Source: Fidelibacterota bacterium
GTDB taxonomy: Bacteria > Fidelibacterota > Fidelibacteria > Fidelibacterales > DSDE01
Direction of reading: 5' to 3'
NCBI GenBank assembly: GCA_046735395.1
Contig: JBJKQR010000018.1
Span: 31,088-95,087, forward strand
DNA length: 64,000 nt
Shown here in pieces: positions 9,901 to 17,602 of this stretch (position 1 is its first letter; the number at the start of each line of letters is the position of its first letter). A model generated the notes under the pieces. That model saw only the letters and a program-made list of their open reading frames with translations. It did no database searches and was not told where the DNA came from. A program made the translations under genes and the position numbers.

Positions 9901-10560
9901 AGTACCGACATGGACGGCGGAATGGTTCAGACCCGGGTCTGTGATAACGGGAGCGGCATGAGCGATGAAGTGGCCAGCCGTATTTTTCAGCCGCTTTTTT
10001 CCACCAAGGGTTTTGAGGCAGGCCGAGGTTTCGGTATGAGCGGAGCCTATTCCATCATTCAGGAACACAAGGGACAGATCACCGTAAAACAGAGTAAACC
10101 CGGAAAGGGAACCTGTATCGAGATATTACTTCCCAAATCCGCGGCCGAAAAAAAATCACTGCCGGAAGAAAAGGCCGAGGACACGGAGGCCCGCCGCTTA
10201 CGGATTTTATGGGTTGAAGATGATGCCTCCATTCGAAATCTGGCCACCAAGTATCTGCAGATTCTGAAACAGGACGGCGATTTTGCCGCGACCGGACAGG
10301 AAGCGCTGGAATATCTGGCCGGAAACAGTTATGATCTGGTCATCTCCGATATCGGGATGCCGGAAATGAACGGCTGGCAGCTTGCGGAGATCATCCGGGA
10401 AAAATTCGACGGCAAGCTCCGGATCACGCTGATCAGCGGCTGGGCTGCGCAAATCGATGATGACGAAAAAGACAAGTACAATATATACAGTATTCTTGGA
10501 AAACCCATTCGCCTTGAACAGCTCAGGGAATTGATCCGGCAGGTTACCTCCGAATCGTGA
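6991..10560 (+). CDS. multi-sensor hybrid histidine kinase / response regulator (polytopic N-terminus, PAS, GAF, PAS, HisKA, HATPase, REC)
   Basis: About six N-terminal hydrophobic segments. H-box SAVAHDFNNSLQ. ATP-lid motifs DNGSGM and GRGFGMSG. C-terminal receiver ILWVEDD...ISDIGMPEMNG. Confidence 0.85.
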   Translation: MQFQDKKSTTSHHQPDAHILNQLYLSNIQRGKLFSVFIMVILFPLLFLDYLRFQPLTGEMYQGGQLVFIGHLFSFLLIVLCFLLALRYNSLERTGVTQRYRVAVNTLLYLLLMSTTLVSAGDIMMGTGIANYLSAIMLFSILVYFPRWFSVFFFFSMTLALSVFIHYVGTDRDQMLTNLYVYTFIAFAASRYMYYMKKNDIRLQAELDNSRKLYKAIFDSSPDPIVIHDGERILNANQATARALGVPSTTEIIGRDPFLFVHPEDITKSSSRVMEMIRTHKALPPEEFKFLVQGNEERTVIATPMPIIYQEKPAMMVNYHDITDQKRAENVARISEDRAHLQRTAIARLAVDENLDEGPLESSFQKLTETVASVLSVNRCSIWLFDEDRFLLVCRDLYDNIQQQHKLDSPLTVSDYPRYFNTLYKENLLATTDVANDPRLIDFKKPGDENQPARSIMDCAINMDGRLIGVLCMETSGDDHAWLPSEEAFASNIASLAAHILLNKKRRAAEKALEDSYKVSEIINDILRKVNSTGSMDELFLTVHQSVSRLFNAQNFYIALLNKEKTRIHFPYYRDEMDKWLEEGSESNDIDAGDSRSLTAQVVREGQGMLLDDKAINEKFADSNDQFYGSLPLQWLGVPIRIREDIIGGIVVQSYNNPNQYTPADKTFLETVAESIAPAFERIIAETALRESRKKYQDLFEKSADANLIIENSVFIDFNQAAQDMLQLSAADRHKKIHPADISPAAQPDGENSLEKSERMMQLAIDNGSNRFEWIHVRGNGEAFPTEILLTAIYPEDGKPLIHTVVRDITEKKKTEEAMLKSQRLGAIGEMASAVAHDFNNSLQSIFGNLELATMFQKLPEELRQYLHSMKTAAEDAATRVQLLQRFGGKKQSRSVYGLVDMNQVVQDVILQSRPLWKDQAEKNGIVITIETTPGSIPPVTGNEGELRSVLYNIVKNSTEAMPEGGSIRISTDMDGGMVQTRVCDNGSGMSDEVASRIFQPLFSTKGFEAGRGFGMSGAYSIIQEHKGQITVKQSKPGKGTCIEILLPKSAAEKKSLPEEKAEDTEARRLRILWVEDDASIRNLATKYLQILKQDGDFAATGQEALEYLAGNSYDLVISDIGMPEMNGWQLAEIIREKFDGKLRITLISGWAAQIDDDEKDKYNIYSILGKPIRLEQLRELIRQVTSES

Positions 10561-11051
10561 GCTGCCAGCGCGAGTAACCCGTCTTCGTTTCACTACGACA
10601 GTATCGAGTAGCGAGTATCGAGTTGCCCGTCTTTGTTTCACTATGACGCGGTTGAAAGAAGCTGGAAGCTGGAAGTTTGAAGCTCGCGTCGCCGGATGAC
10701 CGGCTCCTGAAACAGCCCTTCCAGATTTCAAGTTGATATTCCCGGGATTGCCGGCTTTTAAAGCAGGGCGGAGTTTCGTTTCTTCCTCAACCTTAACCTT
10801 AACCTTGACCTAAACCTTTCTTCGCGAACTTCGCGGTCTCACCGAGAGACTTTTTCCCCATCTACTCTATTACTCATCTACACTTCACCGCATCAACACG
10901 CCAGCCCGCAAACCAGCAAACCATCCAACCCGCCAACCAACAAACCCGCCTAAGTTGTCATTGCGGATCTGATCCGCAATCTGGTTACCAAGTCGCGAAG
11001 ATGCCGATAAAATCAAGATACGAGTGGCATTTTGCCGCCCTTTTAAAACAT

Positions 11052-11079
11052 GTAGAGACGTTGCATGCAACGTCTCTAC
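11052..11079. repeat. perfect 28-bp palindrome GTAGAGACGTTGCATGCAACGTCTCTAC
   Basis: Read directly. The sequence equals its own reverse complement. It lies between the two duplicated units of island A. Confidence 0.9.
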
Positions 11080-11124
11080 CGAAATTCTATGGACGCGATG
11101 AATTTTGTTTCTTCCCCATTTACT

Positions 11125-11180
11125 CATCTACCTATCTACCCATCTACCCATCTACCCGTCTACGCATCTACGCTTTTACG
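11125..11180. repeat. tandem octamer array (CATCTACC-like, 7 units)
   Basis: CATCTACC TATCTACC CATCTACC CATCTACC CGTCTACG CATCTACG CTTTTACG, counted base by base. Confidence 0.85.
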
Positions 11181-11231
11181 CATCAACACGCCAGCCCGCC
11201 AACCACCCAACCAACAAACCCGCCTTAGTAT

Positions 11232-11407
11232 GTCATTGCGGACCTGATCCGCAATCTCTTGCCGTTGAAGGCGAGGTGTGATGTGTACAAGATTCCGGGG
11301 TACAACAGAATTAAGGAGATTCCGGATCGCCCCCGTCTCCGTTTCACTACGACGGGGTTGTCCGGAATGACAGTTTCATAATAATATAAGATTTGGTTTT
11401 TCACGAT
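11232..11407 (+). repeat. 176-nt dispersed structured element, copy A (MITE/sRNA-like)
   Basis: Collinear with 40488..40663 without indels, about 16 mismatches by eye. It starts with hairpin ATTGCGGA-CCTGA-TCCGCAAT (11235..11255). It also contains ATTCCGGA...CCCCGTC-N13-GACGGGG...TCCGGAAT. Confidence 0.8.
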
Positions 11408-11486
11408 TAACCAGCTAACCCGCCGACCCGCAAACAACCTCACGGCTTTATTATTTGAATCCGGTATATATCCGGATCTTCGGAAA

Positions 11487-12797
11487 TCAGTTCAGCTGAT
11501 CAAGGAGCAGGGATTTTACCTTGTCGATGGAAACGCGGTCCTGTGCCAGTGAATCCCGGTGGCGCAGCGTGACGGTGCGGTCCTCCACACTCTGGTGATC
11601 GACGGTGATGCAGAAGGGCGTGCCGGCTTCGTCCTGCCGGCGATAGCGCTTGCCAATGGATCCGCCTGTGTCGAACTGTGCCGGCATGGCTGTTTTCAGA
11701 TCCTTGTACAGGCTTTCCGCCATCTCGGGCATGCCTTCCTTGTTGAACAGCGGAAAAACGGCAACTTTGTAGGGAGCCACCCGGGGTGAAAATTTCATGA
11801 CCACCCGGTCATTGGCTTCATCCTCCCAGTAGGCATCCATCATAATGGTCAGGACGGTTCTGTCCACACCTGCCGAGGTTTCGACCACAGCCGGAAGGAT
11901 CTTGTCACCCTTCACCGTATCATTGAACAGCAGCTTCTTGCGGCTGTGATCCTGATGCTGGCCCAGATCAAAGGTTCCCCGGTCGGCGATTCCTTCCAGT
12001 TCGGAAAACCCGAAGGGCATTTCGTATTCCACATCGTAACAGGCGGAGGAATAATGAGCCAGCTCATCGGCTCCGTGAGGCCTCAGCCTGAGTTTTTCCG
12101 GCGTAATGCCCAATGACTTGAACCAGTTCAGCCGTTCAGCGGCCCAGTATTCCAGATATTCGCGGCTGTCCTCGGGACGAAGGAAAAATTCCATTTCCAT
12201 CTGTTCGAACTCGCGGGTTCGGAAAATGAAATTTCCGGTGGTGATTTCATTCCGGAAACTTTTGCCGATCTGGCCGATGCCGAAGGGGAGTTTGACGCGG
12301 TTCGAGGAGACGACATTATCAAAATTTACAAAAATTCCCTGGGCGGTTTCGGGCCGGAGGTAAATATCCTGGGCCGTGTCGGCGGTGGATCCCAGAGCGG
12401 TCTTGAACATGAGATTGAACTGTTTCGGATCCGCCAGTTCTCCCTTGCATTCGGGGCAGTGCGTCGTGTTTTCAGGAAGATGATCCTGACGGTAGCGGCG
12501 ACGGCATTTGCGGCACTCCACCATGGGATCGTGAAAATTCTGAACATGTCCGCTGGCCACCCAGACTTCCGGATGCATGAGAATGGCCGTATCCATTCCG
12601 AGCACATCATCCCGGCTGGTGATCATGTCATTCCACCACTGATTCTTCACATTCCGTTTCAGCTCCACACCGAGAGGGCCGTAATCCCAGACCGCGTTGA
12701 TTCCGCCATAAATTTCACTGCTCTGAAACAGAAATCCGCGCCGCCTGCTCAGCGCCACGAGTTTTTCCATCAGGGGATAAGACATCGGTTTTGCCAT
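11487..12797 (-). CDS. glyQS: glycine--tRNA ligase (homodimeric class II type)
   Basis: 436 aa with FQSSEIYGGINAVWDYGPLG, YLRPETAQGIFVNF and SAGVDRTVL. Confidence 0.9.
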   Translation of the reverse strand: MAKPMSYPLMEKLVALSRRRGFLFQSSEIYGGINAVWDYGPLGVELKRNVKNQWWNDMITSRDDVLGMDTAILMHPEVWVASGHVQNFHDPMVECRKCRRRYRQDHLPENTTHCPECKGELADPKQFNLMFKTALGSTADTAQDIYLRPETAQGIFVNFDNVVSSNRVKLPFGIGQIGKSFRNEITTGNFIFRTREFEQMEMEFFLRPEDSREYLEYWAAERLNWFKSLGITPEKLRLRPHGADELAHYSSACYDVEYEMPFGFSELEGIADRGTFDLGQHQDHSRKKLLFNDTVKGDKILPAVVETSAGVDRTVLTIMMDAYWEDEANDRVVMKFSPRVAPYKVAVFPLFNKEGMPEMAESLYKDLKTAMPAQFDTGGSIGKRYRRQDEAGTPFCITVDHQSVEDRTVTLRHRDSLAQDRVSIDKVKSLLLDQLN

Positions 12798-12811
12798 AAT
12801 AACCTCTAAAT

Positions 12812-15133
12812 TTATTTTTTCTTGCGCGTCCGGCCACCACGGGTCTTAGCCGGGGCCTCCGCAATCAGTTTTTTGCAGTCTTCGAGCGTCAGTGCTGACG
12901 GATCACTGCCTTTCGGGATTTTGAAATTTTTCTTTTTATGAGAAATATAGGGGCCGAAGCGGCCTTTCAGAATAGTGATATCCTCATTCTCCCAGGTTTT
13001 GATCGTATTTTCCCGGTCCCGAGCCCGCTTGGCTTCGATCAGTTCGATGCCCTCGGCCTCGCTGATCATGCCCGGATCCTGTTCCTTCTTCAGGGAGAAG
13101 AATTCGTTTTTATGGCGCACATAGGGGCCGAAGCGTCCGATGGCCACGGTCATTTCCGCGTCTTCGTAGCTGCCGAGTACCCGTGGAAAGCGAAACAGTT
13201 CCAGGGCTTCCTCCAGACTGATGCTTTCGATGCTCTGGCCGGTTCTCAGGCTGGCAAAGCGCGGCTTGGTTTCAGATTCAGCAGAACCGATCTGAACCAT
13301 GGGGCCGAAGCGTCCGATCTTGACCAGCACCGGTTCGCCGCTTCCCGGTTCAAGGCCCAGCTGCCGTTCACCACGGAAACGGGCGGCTTTTTCTATGGTT
13401 TCGCTGATCTGATGATGGAAGGGGCCGTAAAATTCACGGATCATTTCGTGCCATTCCATCTTTCCTTCAGCAATGTCATCGAATTCCCGTTCGACTTCAG
13501 CTGTAAAATTGAAGTCCACAATATTGGGAAAATATTCAGTCAAAAATTTATTAACCAGGTTACCGATATCGGTGGGAAAGAGTTTCTGTTTTTCCGCGCC
13601 GGCATTTTCAGTCTTATGGGTGTCCTGTATGTGTTCCGAACCCTGTTTGAGACGGAGCAGGGTGTAGGACACTTTTTCACCCTCACGGCTTTCCTTCACC
13701 ACATAGCCGCGTTTCTGAATCGTGGATATGGTGGGGGCGTAGGTGGAGGGGCGGCCGATGCCCAGTTCTTCCAGATTCCGGACGAGGGATGCTTCCGTAT
13801 ATCGGGCAGGAGCCTTGGTCTTTCGTTCCAGCGCCTCAATGAGATTGTAATGGAGTGCGTCGCCGGGGCTCATGCGCGGCAGCAGTTCCTGTCCGTCCCG
13901 TTCCTGATTCTCGTCATCACTGGATTCGGTATAGACTTTCATGAAGCCGTCAAAGAGCACCACTTCGCCTTTAGCCACAAATTTTTCCGTGATATCCGAA
14001 TGTCCCAGAAGGACGGTGGTTTTTTCCAGGCTGGCCGGAGACATCTGGGAAGCGATGGTCCGTTTCCAGATCATGTCGTAGAGCTTTTTCATCTGCGCGT
14101 CACCGCTGCAGTCCGGAGTATGCAGGTCAGTGGGACGGATGGCCTCGTGAGCTTCCTGGGCGCCCTTGCTCTTCGTCTTGAAATTCCGGGGTTTGCTGTA
14201 ATCGGCTCCATAGCGTCCGGTGATTTCATCCTTCGCGGCGGCGATGGCCAGAGTGGACAGGTTGAGCGAATCCGTTCGCATATAGGTAATGATACCCGCT
14301 TCATAGAGCTTCTGGGCGATCCGCATGGTCTGCGTCACCGAGTAACCCAGCTTGCGGCTGGCTTCCTGCTGCAGCGTGGAGGTGGTAAAGGGCGGGGCAG
14401 GATTGCGGCTGCCCGGCTTCCGGTCAATATTTTCCACCTGAAATGATTTTCCGGCCGTCCGCTGCAGAAAATCCGTGGCGCGGTCCTTATCCGCAAATTT
14501 TGTATTCAGTTCTGCCTTGAAATTCTGTTTTTCGGTGGATTCGAATTCTGCCGTAACCTTGAAAAAGCGTTCCGGGACAAATTTACCGATTTCCGCTTCA
14601 CGGTCGGAAATGAGGCGTACGGCCACAGACTGAACGCGGCCGGCGGACAGGGACGGCTGAACCTTCCGCCACAGAACGGGTGACAGTTCGAAACCCACCA
14701 GCCGGTCCAGAACACGCCGGGCCTGCTGGGCGTCCACGAGCTGCAGATCAATATTCCGCGGCGATTTGAGCGCTTCTTCTATGGCAGGTTTGGTGATTTC
14801 GTGAAAGACGATACGCCGGGTGCGGGCTGCATCGAGCGACAGCGTCTCCGCCAGGTGCCAGGCAATGGCCTCCCCCTCGCGGTCGTGGTCGGAGGCCAGG
14901 TAAATGATGTCGGCTTTGCCGGCCAGCGTCTTTAGCTCTCCCACGATTTTCTTCTTGTCCGAACTGACGATATATTTCGGTTCGAAATTCTTTTCAATAT
15001 TTACGCCAAGGTCTTTTTCAGGCAGATCCCGGATATGCCCCATGCTGGCCTTGATGGTATAGCCATTTCCCAGAAACCGGGAAATGGTTTTCGCTTTTGA
15101 TGGCGATTCCACTATGATGAGATGATCGGTCAT
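12812..15133 (-). CDS. topA: DNA topoisomerase I
   Basis: Toprim LIIVESPSKAKTI. Active-site GIITYMRTDS. Three C-terminal GRFGPY/M repeats instead of Cys4 fingers. Start moved to the ATG at 15133 (GAGGAG RBS); the track start at 15163 is a TTG. Confidence 0.9.
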   Translation of the reverse strand: MTDHLIIVESPSKAKTISRFLGNGYTIKASMGHIRDLPEKDLGVNIEKNFEPKYIVSSDKKKIVGELKTLAGKADIIYLASDHDREGEAIAWHLAETLSLDAARTRRIVFHEITKPAIEEALKSPRNIDLQLVDAQQARRVLDRLVGFELSPVLWRKVQPSLSAGRVQSVAVRLISDREAEIGKFVPERFFKVTAEFESTEKQNFKAELNTKFADKDRATDFLQRTAGKSFQVENIDRKPGSRNPAPPFTTSTLQQEASRKLGYSVTQTMRIAQKLYEAGIITYMRTDSLNLSTLAIAAAKDEITGRYGADYSKPRNFKTKSKGAQEAHEAIRPTDLHTPDCSGDAQMKKLYDMIWKRTIASQMSPASLEKTTVLLGHSDITEKFVAKGEVVLFDGFMKVYTESSDDENQERDGQELLPRMSPGDALHYNLIEALERKTKAPARYTEASLVRNLEELGIGRPSTYAPTISTIQKRGYVVKESREGEKVSYTLLRLKQGSEHIQDTHKTENAGAEKQKLFPTDIGNLVNKFLTEYFPNIVDFNFTAEVEREFDDIAEGKMEWHEMIREFYGPFHHQISETIEKAARFRGERQLGLEPGSGEPVLVKIGRFGPMVQIGSAESETKPRFASLRTGQSIESISLEEALELFRFPRVLGSYEDAEMTVAIGRFGPYVRHKNEFFSLKKEQDPGMISEAEGIELIEAKRARDRENTIKTWENEDITILKGRFGPYISHKKKNFKIPKGSDPSALTLEDCKKLIAEAPAKTRGGRTRKKK

Positions 15134-15330
15134 CGGCTCCTCACTTTCGCCGCTAATATACAAAAAGTGCCGCTTATGTAACCACAGATCTCAGAGCACT
15201 TCCGTATTTTATTCCACGTTTCCACAAGGCAGGTAGTTTAAAATGAACTGAGCTAAATTGCCAGTCCAATTATAGGCGGGTCGGAATATAATCCCCGCCG
15301 AAGAGGAGTTCTGCCTGCGGAATTATGATA

Positions 15331-16938
15331 TCAGGATGCCCCGTTTCCATTCCGATTGGTGAGATGGAGCCGGTAAATCTTATAATTGATGGAATCACTG
15401 ATGGCCTGCAGACTGGCTTCGATGATATCATGGGAGGTTCCGACTGTAGCCCAGGTATTCTGCCCGTCGCTGCTTTCCACCAGCACGCGGACTTTTGCGC
15501 CGGTTCCGTTATTGTCACCGAGAACACGTACCTTGTAGTCCACCAGCTGCATAGTCCGGATTTCGGGGTAGAACCGCTGTATGGCTTTGCGAAGGGCCTT
15601 GTCCAGCGCATTGACCGGGCCGTTTCCATCGGCTGCCGTGTGCTCGATCTCTTCCCCGACCTGTACCTTCAGGACAGCTTCCGCATAGCGGTTTCCCTTT
15701 TCGTCCACCAGCACATTTGCCTTGGTATACACCACTTCAAAGAAGGGGGCATACATTCCCAGTTCAGCCTGCATCAGCAGTTCAAAGGATGCTTCAGCTC
15801 CGTCGAACTGCAGGCCTTCGTATTCCATGGCTTTCAGCTTCTGAACGAAGTTGCGTGAAAATTCCCGGCCTTCCGGCAGGGTGATCCCCAGTTCTCCGGC
15901 CTTGTAACGGATGTTGCTCTGTCCGCTCAGGTCCGAGACGAGGACATGCTGCTTGTTGCCGACCAGTTCAGGCCGGATGTGTTCGTACATGGCGCTGTTT
16001 TTGAGAACGGACGAGACATGAATTCCCCCTTTGTGAGAGAAGGCGGCCTTTCCGACGAAGGCAGCCCTGGGATTGGGGCTCAGATTCATGGTTTCCCAGA
16101 CGAAATTGGACAGATGGGTCAGCGTATTCAGCTGTGGAACGGCATTGAAATCCCGATGCATTTTCAGGTGGAGATTGGGCAGGATGGCGCAGAGGTTGGC
16201 ATTTCCGCAGCGTTCTCCCACGCCATTGATGGTGCCCTGTACCTGCGTGACTCCCGCTACGACGGCTGCGAGTGAATTCGCCACGGCCAGTTCGGAATCA
16301 TTGTGGGCATGGATGCCGAGGGGAATGGCCAGATGTTCTGCCGACCGTAGGGTAATATCCGAAACTTCCTGAGTCAGAGCGCCGCCATTGGTTTCACAGA
16401 GTACGACACGTTCCGCACCGCCGTCCTCAGCTGCCCGGATCATTCGCAGTGCGAAATCCGGATTGTCCCGGTAACCATCGAAATAATGTTCGGCATCAAA
16501 AATGACCCGACGGCCATGATCACGCAGAAAGGCCACCGACCGGCGGATCAGGTCTTCATTTTCCTCATCACTCAGTCCGAGCGACGTCTGGGAGTGAAAA
16601 CGCCAGGTCTTGCCGAAAATGCTCACGATGGGCGTTTCCGCGGCAAGCAGCGCCTGGATGTTGGCATCATTTTCCACCTTGTCCGGGAAGCGTGCCGTGG
16701 ATCCGAAGGCGCAGATTTTTGCGTGAGCGAGATTCAGGCTCCGGACTTCACGAAAAAATTCTTCATCCCGCGGATTGGATCCGGGCCATCCGCCCTCGAT
16801 GATGTCGATCCCGAATTCATCCAGCCGCTCGCTGATCATCAGCTTGTCACGGATGGACAGGTTGACCGACATGCCCTGCGTCCCGTCACGCAGGGTCGTA
16901 TCGAAGATTTCTATCTTGTCTTGTTGTTTCATCGTCAT
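15331..16938 (-). CDS. cimA: (R)-citramalate synthase (LeuA-related, with C-terminal LeuA-dimer regulatory domain)
   Basis: FDTTLRDGTQG, IIEGGWPGSNPRD and HAHNDSELAVAN motifs. 535 aa. It is a second LeuA-family member at the end of the ilv-leu operon, and the family resembles the Geobacter-type CimA. Confidence 0.75.
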   Translation of the reverse strand: MTMKQQDKIEIFDTTLRDGTQGMSVNLSIRDKLMISERLDEFGIDIIEGGWPGSNPRDEEFFREVRSLNLAHAKICAFGSTARFPDKVENDANIQALLAAETPIVSIFGKTWRFHSQTSLGLSDEENEDLIRRSVAFLRDHGRRVIFDAEHYFDGYRDNPDFALRMIRAAEDGGAERVVLCETNGGALTQEVSDITLRSAEHLAIPLGIHAHNDSELAVANSLAAVVAGVTQVQGTINGVGERCGNANLCAILPNLHLKMHRDFNAVPQLNTLTHLSNFVWETMNLSPNPRAAFVGKAAFSHKGGIHVSSVLKNSAMYEHIRPELVGNKQHVLVSDLSGQSNIRYKAGELGITLPEGREFSRNFVQKLKAMEYEGLQFDGAEASFELLMQAELGMYAPFFEVVYTKANVLVDEKGNRYAEAVLKVQVGEEIEHTAADGNGPVNALDKALRKAIQRFYPEIRTMQLVDYKVRVLGDNNGTGAKVRVLVESSDGQNTWATVGTSHDIIEASLQAISDSINYKIYRLHLTNRNGNGAS

Positions 16939-16972
16939 ATCCTGATTTGCATTGTGTGGATATGTTCCGAAA

Positions 16973-17548
16973 TCAGGCGATTTCGGCCGAGGGGATCATG
17001 CCGGTTTTTCTGGCATATTCAAAAACACCGCCCGCCTCCACGATGGGAAGGACGGATCCCAGTCCCTGGAGTTTATAGGATTTTCCGGTGGTCAGATTCC
17101 GGCAGACATTTTCTGCGAAATTGATTTCCAGGCTATCGCCGGTTCGGACGACCGACTGAAGCGCATCCTGCGATTCATAGGGAACGACGAAGCCGCCGTC
17201 CACCGCATTCCGGTAAAAAATGCGGGCATAGGACTGGGCGATGATGGCCTCCACGCCGGCTTTCATCAGGGCATAGGGCGCATGTTCGCGGGAAGATCCG
17301 CAGCCGAAATTCGAGCCGCCGACCAGAATGCTGTATTCGGATTGTGTGTTTTCACCGTCGATGAAGGGAATATTTCCCTCCGGTAATCCCGATTCAGCTG
17401 CCGGGACACCCGACAGGGCGAAATGGCCGTACTTGCTCGATTCTTCCTCATTTTCCATGCTGTATACCAGGTGTTCGGCCGGAATGATCTGATCCGTATC
17501 GATATTGTCACCGAGAACGAAGGCCTTACCCTTTATAACTCTATTCAT
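16973..17548 (-). CDS. leuD: 3-isopropylmalate dehydratase small subunit
   Basis: GSNFGCGSSREHAP motif, 191 aa, adjacent to leuC. Confidence 0.85.
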   Translation of the reverse strand: MNRVIKGKAFVLGDNIDTDQIIPAEHLVYSMENEEESSKYGHFALSGVPAAESGLPEGNIPFIDGENTQSEYSILVGGSNFGCGSSREHAPYALMKAGVEAIIAQSYARIFYRNAVDGGFVVPYESQDALQSVVRTGDSLEINFAENVCRNLTTGKSYKLQGLGSVLPIVEAGGVFEYARKTGMIPSAEIA

Positions 17549-17602
17549 GGTGTTTCCTTTAACTTTGATGAATGAAATTCATGATAATTCAAATCCCCGG
17601 TT

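Larger units (their letters stand above)
10561..11486. repeat. non-coding repeat mosaic, island A (between convergent genes)
   Basis: No credible ORF. Built from short tandem arrays (TATCGAG/TAGCGAG x3 at 10602..10622; AACCTT-type at 10789..10818; octamers at 11125..11180), hairpins, a 28-bp palindrome and an internal duplication of about 130-145 nt (10856..10983 versus 11114..11257). Confidence 0.8.

Noticed and set aside
11125-11180. Whether the short tandem arrays (octamers here, heptamers at 40196..40247) could be a CRISPR array
   Set aside because: The units are 7-8 nt and directly abutting, with no spacers. No cas genes are present, and CRISPR repeats are several times longer than these units.
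10885-11443. ORFs 10885..11127(-), 11001..11228(+), 11065..11247(+) and 11225..11443(-) inside island A. The same applies to 40110..40358(-) and 40277..40708(-) inside island B.
   Set aside because: They are read-throughs of tandem repeats and palindromes, giving peptides such as YLPIYPSTRLRIYAF, MQRLY and VETLHATSL. They overlap each other on both strands. The differences between the 176-nt copies do not respect any reading frame.
15275-15299. Hairpin GGCGGG-N12-CCCCGCC between the cimA stop and the topA start, as a terminator
   Set aside because: The stem is short and imperfect and has no clear U-tract on the minus strand. The evidence is too weak to list it as a feature.
15270-15629. 119-aa ORF overlapping the 3-prime end of cimA, and similar 60-130-aa ORFs nested in other genes (for example 36375..36812 and 18400..18792)
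   Set aside because: These are alternative frames of well-supported genes, Arg/Pro/Ser-rich and without motifs.
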